This document shows, in pieces, positions 1 through 12,807 of a stretch of DNA of 64,000 bases. This DNA comes from Negaprion brevirostris (taxonomy: Eukaryota), in contig JARDVH010000059.1 in NCBI GenBank assembly GCA_030324005.1, forward strand, positions 61,396,053 through 61,460,052, in the 5' to 3' direction. The notes under the pieces were generated by a model. It saw nothing but the letters and a program-made list of their open reading frames with translations. It ran no database searches and was not told the DNA's origin. The translations under genes and the position numbers were made by a program. Position 1 is the first letter of the stretch, and each line of letters starts with the position of its first letter.

Positions 1-530
1 CATTTCCACATGACTTGTCTTTGCAGAATATTACACATCCGATGGCAAGACAAAGTACCAGACACTGAAGTTCTCTCTAGAGCAAGTCCACCATCAGTCC
101 ACACACTGCTGATGAGAACGCAGACCCGGTGGGCAGGTTGTGTCATCCGTATGTCAGACGAGCGCATACCCAAGCAGCTCCTTTTTGAGGAACTCTCTGC
201 TGGAAGACACTCGTATGGAGGGCAGAAGAAACGTTTCAAAGACACACTCAAGGCCTCCCTGAAGTCGCTTGACATTGACATGACCACATGGGAAACGCTG
301 GCACAAAACCACCCTACCTGATCTTGCCTCATCCACAAAGGCTGTCAAGCTTACGAAGCAAAGTGTATTGCTGAAACACAACTTAAGCGCGAGCTGCGCA
401 AGTCCAGAGCCACCAGTGCAACAACTACAGTGCCTACACAAGTCTGTCCACCATGTGCCAGGACATTCCGTGCCCGAATTGGCCTGATCAGTCATCTTTG
501 GACACATCGCACCCAGCCTCAAAATGACTA
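1..530 (+). mobile_element. RTE-clade LINE, 3' end of ORF (pseudogenised)
   Basis: Translation LCRILHIRWQDKVPDTEVL..RWAGCVIRMSDERIPKQLLF..GGQKKRFKDTLKASLK is typical of the RTE C-terminus. After TGA at 319-321 the same frame continues to CPPCARTFRARIGLISHLWTH and ends at TAA 528-530. Confidence 0.9.
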
Positions 531-591
531 ATGGTGTTGAGGTCCACATCGATGACGGTGTTGTCTATTCCAGGTACTCCTCTCTTCTGCT

Positions 592-795
592 CTAGATGCT
601 GCTGTCTGTTCTATGTTCTCCTCTCTCCCACTCTTTTAGGTGTTGTTGTCTGTCTCTGGTTTCCTTTCTCCTGCTCTTTTAGGTGCTGATGAGTGTTGCC
701 ATGTTTTCCTCTTTTCGCTTATTAGGTGCTGTTGTCTCTCTCTGGATCCTCCTCTCTCCCACTCTTTTAGATGCTGCTGTCAGCCTCTCGTCCTG
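592..795. repeat. Degenerate 43-45 bp CT-rich minisatellite, about 4.5 units
   Basis: Units begin TAGRTGYTG and end CTCTTT/CGCTTAT, recurring at 43-45 bp spacing. Confidence 0.7.
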
Positions 796-1215
796 ATCCA
801 TTGCCCTTAGCCTATGACCCTTGGTCTCTTCACCTGAACTGGAAATTGTCTTCCCTTGCAGTTGAAATTCTGCACTTTATCTCTTTGCTCTATTACACTT
901 ATCCATGTAGGTCTGATGAAACATCTCACTGCAGGGTGGTCTTCTAGTTTAAATTGGTAAACCTTCTGCAACAAGACACCAACAGCTGATCACTATGAGT
1001 GTTTTCTGCCTGTCCATTTGAGAATTACAAAGAATATCAGGCATGGGAAATCCTACTATCTATCTCTAAGAGTATACTGGGAGCATTGAAATATCATTTA
1101 TAAACAATTGAAGTATTCTCAACACATTAAGGATTTGAATGTCCCTTCTGCTTTTTCCATTGATCCATGATTGACTTATTCTGGGATGGATTTGCAAACA
1201 GCTCTGATGCTTAGT

Positions 1216-1560
1216 AGCAGCAGTGTGTGCTATCTACAAGATGCACTGCAGCAATTTACCAAAGATCCTTAGACAGCACCATCCAAACCCATGACCACTT
1301 CCATCTAGAAGGACAAAAGCAGCAGATACATGGTAACACCAGCACCTGCAAGTTCCCCTCCAATCCACTCACAATTCTGATTTGGAAACATATGGCCATT
1401 CCTTCACTATCGCTGGGTCAAAATCCTGGAATTCCCTCCCTAACCACATTGTGGGTCAATCCACAGCTCGTGGATGGCAACGTTTCAAGAAGGCAGCTCA
1501 CCACCACCTTCTCAAGGGCAACTAGGGATGGGCAATAAATGCTGGCCAGCCAGCGACACC
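1216..1560 (+). mobile_element. L2/CR1-group LINE 3' end
   Basis: Decayed translation AVCAIYKMHCS..SFTIAGSKSWNSLP..RFKKAAHHHLLKGN*, then the 3' UTR TAGGGATGGGCAATAAATGCTGGCC; ends at an N gap. Confidence 0.8.
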
Positions 1561-1904
1561 NNNNNNNNNNNNNNNNNNNNNNNNNNNNNNNNNNNNNNNN
1601 NNNNNNNNNNNNNNNNNNNNNNNNNNNNNNNNNNNNNNNNNNNNNNNNNNNNNNNNNNNNGTAAAAAAATCGACTCTGTTTCTTCTCATGTGTTTCATTC
1701 TTGGTGATGTAAATGCCTGCTTCAGCAACAACTTTTGCTGGGATCTAGTCTCTCAGGATTGGACCCTGTACATGTCCAATTTGTCCTCTTGAGAAAGGAA
1801 AGGATGGAGATGTTGACTATTTTTTTACCCATGCATCAGTGAACTGTTATCATAATTCCTCATAGTCATTTGTGCTTGACAAAGCTGTCTTCTACTTCAC
1901 AGGA

Positions 1905-2440
1905 TCATAGAATTGTTACAGTGCAGAAGGGGGCCTTTTGATCCATCATGTCTGCAATGGCTCTCCAAATGAGCATCATGGCTTAATGCCATTCCCTTAC
2001 CTTTTCCCTGTGCCCTTGCACATTGTTTCTATTCAAGTAATCAGCTATTGCTGCCTTGAGTGTCTCCACTGAACCTGCATTCACCATATTCGTCTGGACA
2101 ATGCATTCCAGACCTGAACTAATCGTGGTGTGAAAATGTTTTTTCGCATATCACATTTGCTTCTTTTGCAAATCATTTAAATCTATCATCTCATTCTTGA
2201 TCCTTTTACAGATGGGAACAACTCCTCCCTATCTACCCTGTCCGGCCTTCTCATGATTTTGAACATCTCTATCAAAACTCTTCTTGGCCTTCTTCACTGC
2301 AAGGAGAGCAGTCCCACTCCCTCTGATATATCCTCATAACTGCAGTTTCTCATTCCTGGAACTATTCTTGCAAACCTCTTCTGCCAGTTCTCTCCAATGT
2401 CATATCCTCACTATAGTGTGGAACTCAAAACTGTACGCAA
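1905..2440 (-). mobile_element. CR1/HER1-like LINE 3' fragment
   Basis: Starts with the reversed tail ATCATAGAA, followed by reversed CR1 3' motifs (GCATTCCAGACC, TCTACCCTGTC, CCAAGGAGA-like). Confidence 0.75.
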
Positions 2441-2679
2441 TCGCTTCCTGTCACTGAGTTCCTCTGCAGGTGATTTTGTGCCTTGAGAGGTGATGTTTGG
2501 AGTGACAAAAGGCAAGCTTTGGGTTTTCATTTGTCTCTTAGCTTGTCATGAAATTTCTCTTAATTATCTGAACGTGCTATTCAATAAAACTGTGTCCACT
2601 TCATTAATGTAGTGATTGGTTGATATTGAAACCATACTGTTCAGCAAATCCTTAACGTTTCTTAAGGATACAACGACCA

Positions 2680-4522
2680 GCAAAGGGCCACAAGAGCTAT
2701 TAAAAGGGATTATGAAAGGGGACTTGCAAGTGACATCAAAATCAGTAAGAAGACATTTTATAGTTACATAAAGGGAAAGAGGATGATCAGGAGCAGTGTT
2801 GGCCCACTAAAGACTGATAATATCACACTTTCAATGACTATGGGGAAATGGCAAACCAGTTGAAGAACTATTTTGCTTCAGTATTTACAATAGAAAAGGA
2901 GGATAGCTTGCCAGAAGTCCCAATGAAATTAATAATGGATCGGAGACAGGGATCAAATACAGTTTGCATGAATAAAACATTGATAATGAGGAAATTAATG
3001 CAATTAAAGACTAGCAAATCCCCAGGAACTGACAGTTTCCATCTAAGGATGTTAAAGGAAGTAAAAGAGCACATTGTCAATACCCTAACTATAATCTTTC
3101 AGATTTCCCTAGATTCAGGAGTCACCCCTCTAGATTGGAAAATTGCTCATGTCACTCCACTTTTTAAGAAGGGTGAAAGGGAAAAAAATAGGGAATTACA
3201 AACCTGTTAGCTTAACGTCTGTGGTGGGGAAATTGTTGGAATCTATAATCAAGGACAGGGTAACTGAACACCTCAAAATTTTTTAGTTAACCAGAGAACA
3301 CCAGCATGGATTCATGACAGGTAGGTCATGCCTACCAACATTTATTGACTTCTTTCAAGATGTTACTAAGGTTGTGGACAGGGGAAGGTCAATTAATGTT
3401 GTTTATATGGGCTTCCAAAAGTGGGATAAAGTCCCACTCAAGGGATTGTTTAGTAATTGAAGCCCACGGAGGTAAAGGCAAAGTACTGCAGATGCTGGAA
3501 TCTGAAACAAAAACAGAAAATCCTGGGAAAAGACAGCAGATCTGACAGCATCAGCAGAGAGAGAATAGAGCCACAGTTTTGAGATAGGATGACCCTTTGT
3601 CAGATGACAAGCTCTGATGAAGGGTCATCCTGCCTCAAAATTTTGGCTTTATTCTCTCCCCATAGATGCTGTCAGACCTGCTGAGTTTCTCCAGCATTTT
3701 CTGTTTTTGTGTAGAAGTCCACAGAATTGAGGACAAATTGCTGACATGGTTAGAAATTTGGTTGACTGGCAGGTGACAGGAAGTAGGGATAGTGTGTAGG
3801 TATTCAAGTTGATGGGATGTGATTAGTGGTCTCCCACAAGGATCTGTGTTGAGGCCTGAGTTATTAACATTATTTATTAAAGAGTTAGATAATGGCACAG
3901 AAAGTCACATGTCCAAATCTGCTGATGACACAGTTAGGCAGCATTGTTGACAGTAGATGGTAGTATAAAATTACACAGGGATATTGATAGATGAGGTGAA
4001 TGGGCAAAACTGTGGCAGACAGATTTTAATTAAGCAAGTGTGAGGTTATCAATTTTGGACAGAAAAAAAAATCAGAGTACTTTCTAGATGGTATGTTGTT
4101 AAATATAATGGATGTCCAAAGTGACTTGAGAATTCAAATGTATTGATCTTTAAAATACCACAAGCAGGTACAGAAAATGATCAAGACAGCTAATGGAATG
4201 CTGGTCTTTTTATCTAGAGGACTGGAGTATCAAGCTGTAAATCTAGTTAGAAGTTACGCTGGAGCTATACAAAATCCTGGTTCGTTTTCACTTGGAGTTA
4301 CTGTGAGCAGATCTGGGCACAGCACCTTAGGAAAGATATATTGCCCTTAGAGGGAGTGCGGTGCAGGTTTACAAGAATGATACCTGGACTTCAGCTGCTA
4401 ATTTTTGATCTGAGATAGATACTTTTTTAAGGAAGAATATTGAGGGATATGTGCCAAAGGCAGGTATATGGAGTTAGACTACAGATCAGCCATGATCTCA
4501 TTGAACGGTGGAGCAGGCTTGA
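2680..4522 (+). mobile_element. CR1/HER1-like LINE ORF2 (RT) relic with 3' UTR, interrupted by a PLE insertion
   Basis: [51 protein letters not shown] and ADDT motifs with many stops/frameshifts; CR1 3' UTR GATCAGCCATGATCTCATTGAA. Confidence 0.92.
3471..3713. mobile_element. Fold-back Penelope-like terminal (pLTR) mini-element, family A, with decayed hammerhead cores
   Basis: Arms ~3505-3604 and ~3613-3710 are reverse complements. CTGATGA-AGGGTC core at ~3614. Flanked by GAAGCCCACGGA (3459-3470) and GAAGTCCACAGA (3714-3725) within CR1 coding sequence. Confidence 0.7.
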
Positions 4523-4817
4523 TGTGCACCAATTCTCTGACAAGCCCTCTTCCCCACCCTATTCCTATAACTCCACACATTGACCATGGCTAATCCATCT
4601 AATTTATATATCTTGGACACTAATGGGGAATTTGTCATGGCCAATCCACCTAATCTGCATATCTTTGGACAGTGGGAGGAAACTGGAGCACCCAAGAAAA
4701 CCCACACAGAGACAGGGAGAACATGCAGACTCCACACAAGTCTCTCAAGGCCAGGATTAAACCTGGGTCCCTGGAGCTGTGAAGCAGCTGTGTTAACTGT
4801 GTGCCATACAGCTGCCC
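4523..4817 (-). mobile_element. HE1-type tRNA-derived SINE
   Basis: Reverse complement of the HE1/V-SINE body (GGAGGAAACTGGAGCACCC, ACTCCACACA) and tRNA head (CCTGGGTCCCTGGAGCTGTGAAGCAGC). Confidence 0.88.
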
Positions 4818-7800
4818 TATGTTCCTATGGCTGCAGGAGGGAAAGATGGGTGCAGCCAGGATGGCATAATTCACTGGTTTTTGAACACCAATGTCATTCC
4901 TAAGCCAAGCATGCCTCCAAATTTCTCACACTGCTCCTGTTATTCTGGTCTTCCTGTTGGGTTGTGCGGGTTTGTACAATGTCTGCTACCTCAGAGAAAG
5001 AGGATCGATTTTATGATATTGCATGGCACTGTCAGCAGGTGGCACTATTTCACTGTTAAGAGCCAGAAAATGTGCATCACTCAATTTCCTGTGGTATTTA
5101 TTCAGAATGCTTATGCATCTATGACTAATGCTTTATCTTAAAAATATCAAATCGAGGAGACAGTAATTTGTTGGGATTGATGTGTAACAGCAGTTTATGA
5201 TATATTTAACTCTGAAAACCAATTTCATCTAATCTGTGAAACTGAATTGTCAGGCCTGGTATCTCACACAGGAGTGATTAGTTATGTACATTATGCATAC
5301 TAAGTGAACGGGCATGGAAGTAGCATAAGCTGGCACTGAGTTGCATTGACAGTATACAGGGCCATGGAGAGGGGATGGGGCTAACGAGTTGGTGTGAAGA
5401 GTATAATGGGTTATTGGGAGTGGATGAGGAGTAAGATTGGCATTGACTTGGCATGAAGGCATGGGGGCATGGGTAAGATATTTTGAACTTATCTTTCAAA
5501 AGCTTCCCAAATGCCGACTATGATCAACTCCATATAGAATACTAACAGAAAGATGTCTACCCCAAAATGAAGTTAGCAAAATTGGGAATGCACGGTGTGG
5601 TCTCGTAAGTCCCATTCCTACCCTCACCAGTGAAAATTTGGGACAACAGTAAAAGGGGCAGCGATCTTGGAGTCCAATCCCAGACATCATTTTCAAATGG
5701 TTCTGAAGTAATTTCAGAGTATTGGTACTATTCATCAGTACTTATCCTTATAACACTCAGACCTGTTCATAAGCAGATAGATACTCACTCTGCTTTTTGA
5801 AAAATAATGTTAATTTGCAAAGGATTAATGTTTAGCTGCAACTCTATTCTATAGTCACTTTGCTCTGAGACATGCTAACAATCCTTCTCATTTCCAGCTT
5901 GGCTTGAGGTTTGTTAGTTTTGAATTCATATCTCTGATTTCTGTACTCAAAGACCAAGTTAAATGACCTGCTTTCAGCTAAATTATCTATTCCTCTAAGC
6001 GTGTTTAAAATATGCTCCATGTCACCTTACCTTTTCCAGTGAAAATAAGTTACTTCGTGAAAAAATCTCTGGGTATGTATGGGAGAGGAATTAAAGAATT
6101 AAGAACAAAAAGCTAACTACAAATCATCAATTTCACGACAAAATTAAGTTTTTGTTGTGTACGTATATCTCCCTTGCTGTTATGAAATTTTACTGGGTCA
6201 GAACATCTTTATATCCTCTAAAGGTTTTGTGAGAGTTAAGCAGATTGCAGTCAATTTGTCCTTATGTATGTTTAATATTTATAAAGATAGAAGATCACTT
6301 ATAATGATTAACTGAACAGTGCCAAGTAACATAATTGAAATCAATGTTAACTATTTATATAAAATATAAATATTATATAAATTATATCAGGGTGCCAACT
6401 AGTTTGAACAAATTTAGCAAATGGATTTTGAAATGGGTGCAGGGCTCTCATCTTAATATTGAACTGAGACCTGTGTTCATTTCAGACAGACAGAGAACCA
6501 CCTAAAACAAGGCCATCATTAACTTAGCAGCAGTTAACACAAAATGTTCCTACACATCAAATATGAGCTGTCAATGTGCTAAATCTATAATTGCTGTGCT
6601 TGTATTATGCCTATAAAACAGGTCCAACAACGTTGAGTTTATAGCTCATTGGAGTTTGAAGTGTTGATGCTGTTGTGCTTGATGTGAATATTCTTCAAGC
6701 AAGGTGGCCTGCAGATCTGAAGCCACACCCTCCAAGAAAAATGCCCCATTGAATCATGATCGATATTAAAATTGGTCATATTGTAAATCAGGATACAAGC
6801 TTCCTGATTTAGTTGCTTTGTCAAAAGTGTGAACAATGAAAGATACGACGTTCTTTATGCTGTTTCTGTTTCATACAACATTGGCTTGGTTCAACATTTT
6901 CTTCATAATTAAACTCTTGTTAAAACAGCAAATTCGCTCCCATTGCTGTGCAACATGAAATTTCTTCAGTACAACTATGGTGCCTGGATTTGTTTGAACT
7001 GTATTTTTCACCACAGAGCAGAATTTCTGGTAAAAAGAATTTTGTTTACAGTTTTAACAACTTATAGCTAATTCTACTAACACACATATTTCAAACAACC
7101 AGTTCCCTCAGGGTTCAATTAAAGGTAAACCCAATTTAAATTTAAATGTCAACACGAGCAATGAGAAGAGACCGTTTACAATAGTATATGTTTCTTTACA
7201 CTTGATTTAGGTTTCCTGATTACTCTCTGTATTTTGCTTGCTTACATTGTGATTTTATTAAATATGATGATGATTACACAAGGGCTATTGTTAATCATAG
7301 AATATACCTACTTCTCAGCGCAACCATGCTGGACAGGATGCCAAACTGAATTACAGAGATTTTTTTTGAACATATAGCTGAATAATAAGCAGCTGAAAGT
7401 AGGTCAGGATTGTAAATGATGGACTAGATCCCCTCCCCCAAACATAGAGTAGGAATATGTCTGCAGCCTCAGAATGGAATTCATCTTTTTGTTATACTCC
7501 TTATATGGACTCTTTCTATTCTTCCAACTGTTTCTGGAAAAAAATACACAATTTGGCAAACTGCTATTCCTTCAAGTAAGGAAAATTATACTGCAATTTT
7601 TAATCCATCGAAGATACCAGACACAGTATAATTTCTTTGTTTATGTGTTCAGAAGATCTATTGTTTTATATGGTGTTAGAGCCGACACAGTCATTGCCAT
7701 TTTAACTGCATTTTGAAAGTGCAGTTGTACTGATAATTTGATAACACAGGAAGGGAAGCTTGTTGTATTACTGTAAAGAAGATAAAGATCAGTATCTAGG

Positions 7801-8629
7801 TAAATGGAAAAATATTTGGTTTCCTTCTGTCATAACTCTTCAATATTACATTTTGTAGTTATTAAAAGAAAAGTAGCTTAAGCTTCAATTATTATAGATC
7901 ATGTCGCAACTAATATACTGCTGCAGTAAGAAATTAAATAGAATGTGAGTTAATCAATAAACAATTTTGGGAGCATCAACTTTACACTAGAACATTGGCA
8001 CAAATACTACAATTTAATTCAGCTTTGTGGCAAATTTAAGTTTCTATCTGGTGGCCTAAAATATTTCTATGGCAACTTAACGCAAGCATAAAGGCAGCAC
8101 AGATTGTTGCAATGGACATTTATACGTTGTTCTTAAATTTGAAAATTTCAATGATTAGAAAATATTAACTTGATGAAGCAGAGAAAACTACAAATATAAT
8201 TGATGTGAAAATACATTGCAGTAGAGACTGATTTGATTGAAATCAACTATTGTAAAGCTTTGACTTGTCAAACTCTAACCACAAAATTAAAATAACTCAT
8301 CATTCCTGAAATAATTCATACTGCTTAAGGGCATACATAGTTCAGATTTGACAGTTCTCTGAATAATACTTACGACTGGTTGTTTGTGTCTGATTGCTTT
8401 ATTTTTTTCATGACTTTAAAAACATTGTCAATTTTATTGTATACTTCTCTTGCAATTGCTTACTGATATCAGCCATCATTTGCTTGGAATTCATGGGAAA
8501 TGCAGAAAATCCTGCAGGCAGTCACTGACCCACAATGGGGCTTATCAGATTTAACTCGTTTGCTCTTGCCTTCTGAAGTCAGCAAGCCAATTTTTCCTAT
8601 TGCTTATACACATCCTGTTTAATGACAAT

Positions 8630-8935
8630 TAGGGTACATACTGCCTTTCACAACCTTAGGGAGTCTGAAATCACTTTACATCCAATGAAGTATTTCTTAA
8701 TGTGTACAGTGCAGCAGCCAATTTTCACACAGGGAGCTCATACAAACAGCAATGTGACAATCACCAGACAATCTATTTTTACTGATGGCGACTGGAGAAT
8801 AAATATTGACTCGGACAGAGGGATAGTGTCATGGGATCTTTTACATTCATCTCAGGTTGCAGTTGTCATTGTCTAAACTCTTGTCTGAAAGATGGTACTC
8901 ACAGTAGTGAAGCACTCTTTCAGTGCTGCCCCTGG
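8630..8935 (-). mobile_element. Ancient Deu-domain-type SINE (SacSINE1/AmnSINE1-like)
   Basis: Recalled motifs TGCCTTTCACAACC, CACTTTACA, AATATTGAC, GTGTCATGGGATCTTTTAC, TCTGAAAGATGG; highly decayed. Confidence 0.6.
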
Positions 8936-9764
8936 ACATTGAAAAAAAGGCCCAAATAGAAATATATTAATTTCCAGGGTGTGTACTGTGCAGTCACCAG
9001 CATGAGGCTGGAAAAATGTTGACATATGTTAAAAGATTAGTCATGAGCAAGACATTGTATAAATGTGACTTGTCAATGTTTAGCAAGCATATACAAAAGC
9101 ACTGATGCATCACAGAAGTCAAATTTCTATTTTCTCTGTTATTGTGTCACAAAAATAATAATTCTCTAATACAGTCTTTCAGATGAACACATTGAATTGA
9201 TTAATGTGCTACAGTGCCAAAGTCGAACAGCTGAAATTTTATAAAAGCCCACATCTAATTCTAGAGGGAAATTATGTTTTAAATATTTATTCAACAGTCA
9301 ATCTATAATGGCCTGTGTTTAGTGTCATCTTTCAGAAATAATTTGATTCTAGCTTCATAAATATGTTTTACATTGTAACAACCACACAAAAGAAACTCAG
9401 GAATGTACGAAGAAATACTCTCTTTGCATTGAAGTAAATCTTAAATTAGCCTTAATATTCACCAGTGCTTGGCATGCAGAGAGGTAAAACATTTTTTAAA
9501 TTTATTATTTTTACTTACATTATCAGAGATACAGTAATTTCATAACCAGCTCTCAGTTACACTCAAATATAATTTTTATAATTTGCATTATATATTTCAA
9601 GTATTTGGCTGCTGATAAATCACAACGCATTAAAACTTTTAAATTCCAATAAATACGTCTAAAAAGCTTTCAAAATGTTAGAGAAATGTATGACTCCTGA
9701 ATATTTTGAAAATTACGCTTTGTATTAAGCCTACTGAATAATTTGAGACACTATACAAAATTCT

Positions 9765-10343
9765 TCCAACCCCCTACCAGCAAGATCAATGGCAGGTGGA
9801 GGTGGGTGGGAGAGGAGTGGGGGTGGTGGTTTGGTGGAAAACTTGGTGGGAGGTCCAAAGATTAGTTTCATGCCGGCAGAATCTTCTCCCTGCAACCGAT
9901 TCTCCATTACACCAACGGGAAATCATGCCGGTCCAGAATACATCTGGAGCAACATGATATGCAAATATTGGACTTACCTGAAGGCATGGGCTGCCTTCAG
10001 AATTCAGGATGGAGGCCGTCAGCGATCCTGGAATCCCACAACAGTGGGTTGGGGGGAGCATCCATCAGGTGGATCTTCTAGCTTCAGTGTCTTTGAGGGG
10101 GTCCATTTTCTGGAGATCCCTTTTCTTTCTACAATGGTGGGTCAGTGATGTCAGGCACCTTTTCAATCTGGCATCCAGGTATGTTGGCAGGATGTACACC
10201 ATCAAGTTTGCTCCAACACAGAAGAAGGCGCAAAAACCCCTGGATGTGTAATTAATTGGCGATGGAAGCTATGATTGGGTTTCCCGATGGTCTCTGCTCT
10301 GTCCCCGCCACAGGACATAGTCTCAGATGGGAGAATTCTGCCC
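9765..10343. mobile_element. Non-autonomous PIF/Harbinger-like MITE
   Basis: GC-rich island ending in the terminal motif GGGAGAATTCTGCCC, shared with other MITE ends in the window. Confidence 0.55.
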
Positions 10344-11384
10344 ACTATTATACTCTATTACAATATATTACAGGATTACTCTTTAATCATTTCTCAATAA
10401 TGTACTTTTCATTGCTTTTTCAATGATGTTCCCTGATTTTTCTCATTTCTTGCTTTGGTTGTTTTTAAGTGTAAAATATCCCCCCGGAGACATTTGAACT
10501 TTGGCCATTGTCAATGCTACATTTTATGCCTTCGAGGACATAAACCAAAAGGCATGTGCTACACATTGCAACTATTTTATGTAATGCTTCTCTTAGCTGC
10601 ATATATGAAAACTGATAAAACCAAACTTTGCCAGGCAAGGCAACCTGATTCTGGCTGAAAGAATGATATTTCTGCCAGGTTCTTTACATATATCCCTCGT
10701 ACTGAAAGTAGAGTTTCACTCATAAATGGCTTGATTTGAGTTTACAGATATGAGAAACAGACCGATTCAACCAGAAAGGGGAAAAAAGAAAAATGTGGAA
10801 GAGATAGAAGGCTTTTGGAAGACGGCTGCTCTCTCCAAGATGATCATAACTCAGAGGTATTGGAAGCTTAGAGGAGAATCTTAAGAACCAATGCAAAAAT
10901 ATTAAATGCAACTGATGAAGATAATTGAGGCACAGCATATATATTCAGCATATAAATGCTGAAATTTCAATTAAACCTAACTTGTATTTTTTCCTCTTGA
11001 CAGGATGCAGTAATCATGATAAGTATAATAAGGAATGTGAATTCTATATGATTTGTTTCAATTTTTTGTACTGTACAGGATAAGGAGTAATCTGTCTCAG
11101 GTTTAATGCACATGTCAACCTTGGGGAAATGTACTGGCAAGGCTGAATCCAGAACGATACTGTAAGACAGCTACATCTACATGGTGAGATAAAAGATAAT
11201 CATTCAGTCAAACAGTTGTAATGACAACATGAATTGTAAATGCTTAGCTCAAGCAGTTTATGAGCACTGACAAAAACCAAGAGGTACAATTATTCCCATG
11301 CAGCTCCAATCCAAATGTATGCATTCGGCAAAGTTCTCATGCAACTGATTATTTCTAAGTATTACAATTTATTATTTCATTTTC

Positions 11385-11968
11385 CACAAACATTGCCAGC
11401 ATTGGACCACTTCCCCAGCTTCCCAACTGCCTTTGCCAGCATCTTCACAGCTCCCACATCTGCTCCCACCCACACCACAAATAAATGAGTCACCCCCAAC
11501 ATCCCTGAAGGTTCCCACTAGAATCCACCCCAAGCATTGCTCCCTGGCATAGGTTGGCAATGTTACATTGGCATGGTGCCAATTTTGCAGTGCCAATCTC
11601 ATAGTGCCAACCTGCATCAGGGACGTGAAGGTGAGTATAGCTCCTTGGGGGCATCCTCATGACAGATTCACATCTGGGTAAACTATTGTAAACCTCACCG
11701 ACCTGAAGCCATGTCAGCAAGGTTTGAAAATACTGTTAGAAGTTGATATATATCAGGAAGGGTGGTTAATGATATTTAAATTTATTTAAAGATATTAAAA
11801 TGAGGTTCTCACCCTTTGTAGGTGTGAACCTGATTATGATGTGAGGTGAGGCAAGGTGCGCAGAAAATCGGAAATTGCTATCTTGCTGGCAAGATTCACA
11901 AAGTCTGGGTTCTGCCAGATCTTGAGCCATTCCCATGCACAGAGACAGCATGGGCTCAAGATCAGCTC
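11385..11968. mobile_element. Non-autonomous PIF/Harbinger-like MITE fragment
   Basis: TTGGCA/TGCCAA clusters and a terminal AAGATCAGCTCC-type end, as in 39124-40000 and 42580-43621. Confidence 0.45.
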
Positions 11969-12596
11969 CATAGATAACGTTTTAGACTGTGGATTTGTGT
12001 GTATTTCAATTGCATTTTATATTATGACAATAAAAATGTTCAAGTCATGGAGATAAAAAGAAAATAAGGCAAGGTTTGGTCATCTAAACTAAAGACAAAA
12101 CAGTTTGGAAGCATGCAGGAGTTTTTCAGCATCTGAAGGAGAAAGCTCCATTGATGTTTTAAATGTGACTCATCATCAGTAATAAATTAGAGCAGCAGTT
12201 CAAATTCAATTTACAAAATAATGTACCATAACTGGATGGCATTAATTACAAAATGCAAAAGAAAATAATTCTCATGAGCATTTTCATCAAGGATATTTAA
12301 AAAATCAATGGAATTATATTCTGTGTACCTTGAAAATTAGGATCAGTAATCTTGCAAAGAATTTAAGCAATGGCTTAATGTTGGATTTAGGAGTCTTGCA
12401 ACATGTGCAGTTCCTTGCATAGTGCTGCTGTCAAGAAATTCACAGGAGGTGACAACTACAGAAGCAGGGACTTTCTCAGTATCAGCTCAGAAACAGGTGA
12501 GAAAACGTGATAGAAATGTGAGAAATAAGACAAGAAAGAGTGCAGAACATAGGATTTGCAGGAACATCCACAGCACTACAACCAAGTGCTGGTATA

Positions 12597-12807
12597 TGTT
12601 GTAATTTGGAGAACTGACCCTTGGAAGCATGGCGGGTTAAAAATAATGGAGCTTTATTTACAAGATGTGTTCACTACATGGCTACTTCTTCACTCTGGCA
12701 GTTTCTTATTATAGTGACCTGTGACATCACCACCAGTTAATATATGAATACATTAATAATACACAGCACTTAGTGCAGCTACAAAGAATCAATATTAGTA
12801 CATAACA
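12597..12807 (-). repeat. 3' LTR of Gypsy element
   Basis: TG...CA bounded, abuts the PPT, aligns to 16379-16590. Confidence 0.88.

Noticed and set aside
4498-4737. Recurrent WSLHVLPVS / GVCTFSLCL peptides at several loci
   Set aside because: These are translations of non-coding HE1-type SINEs, not a gene family.
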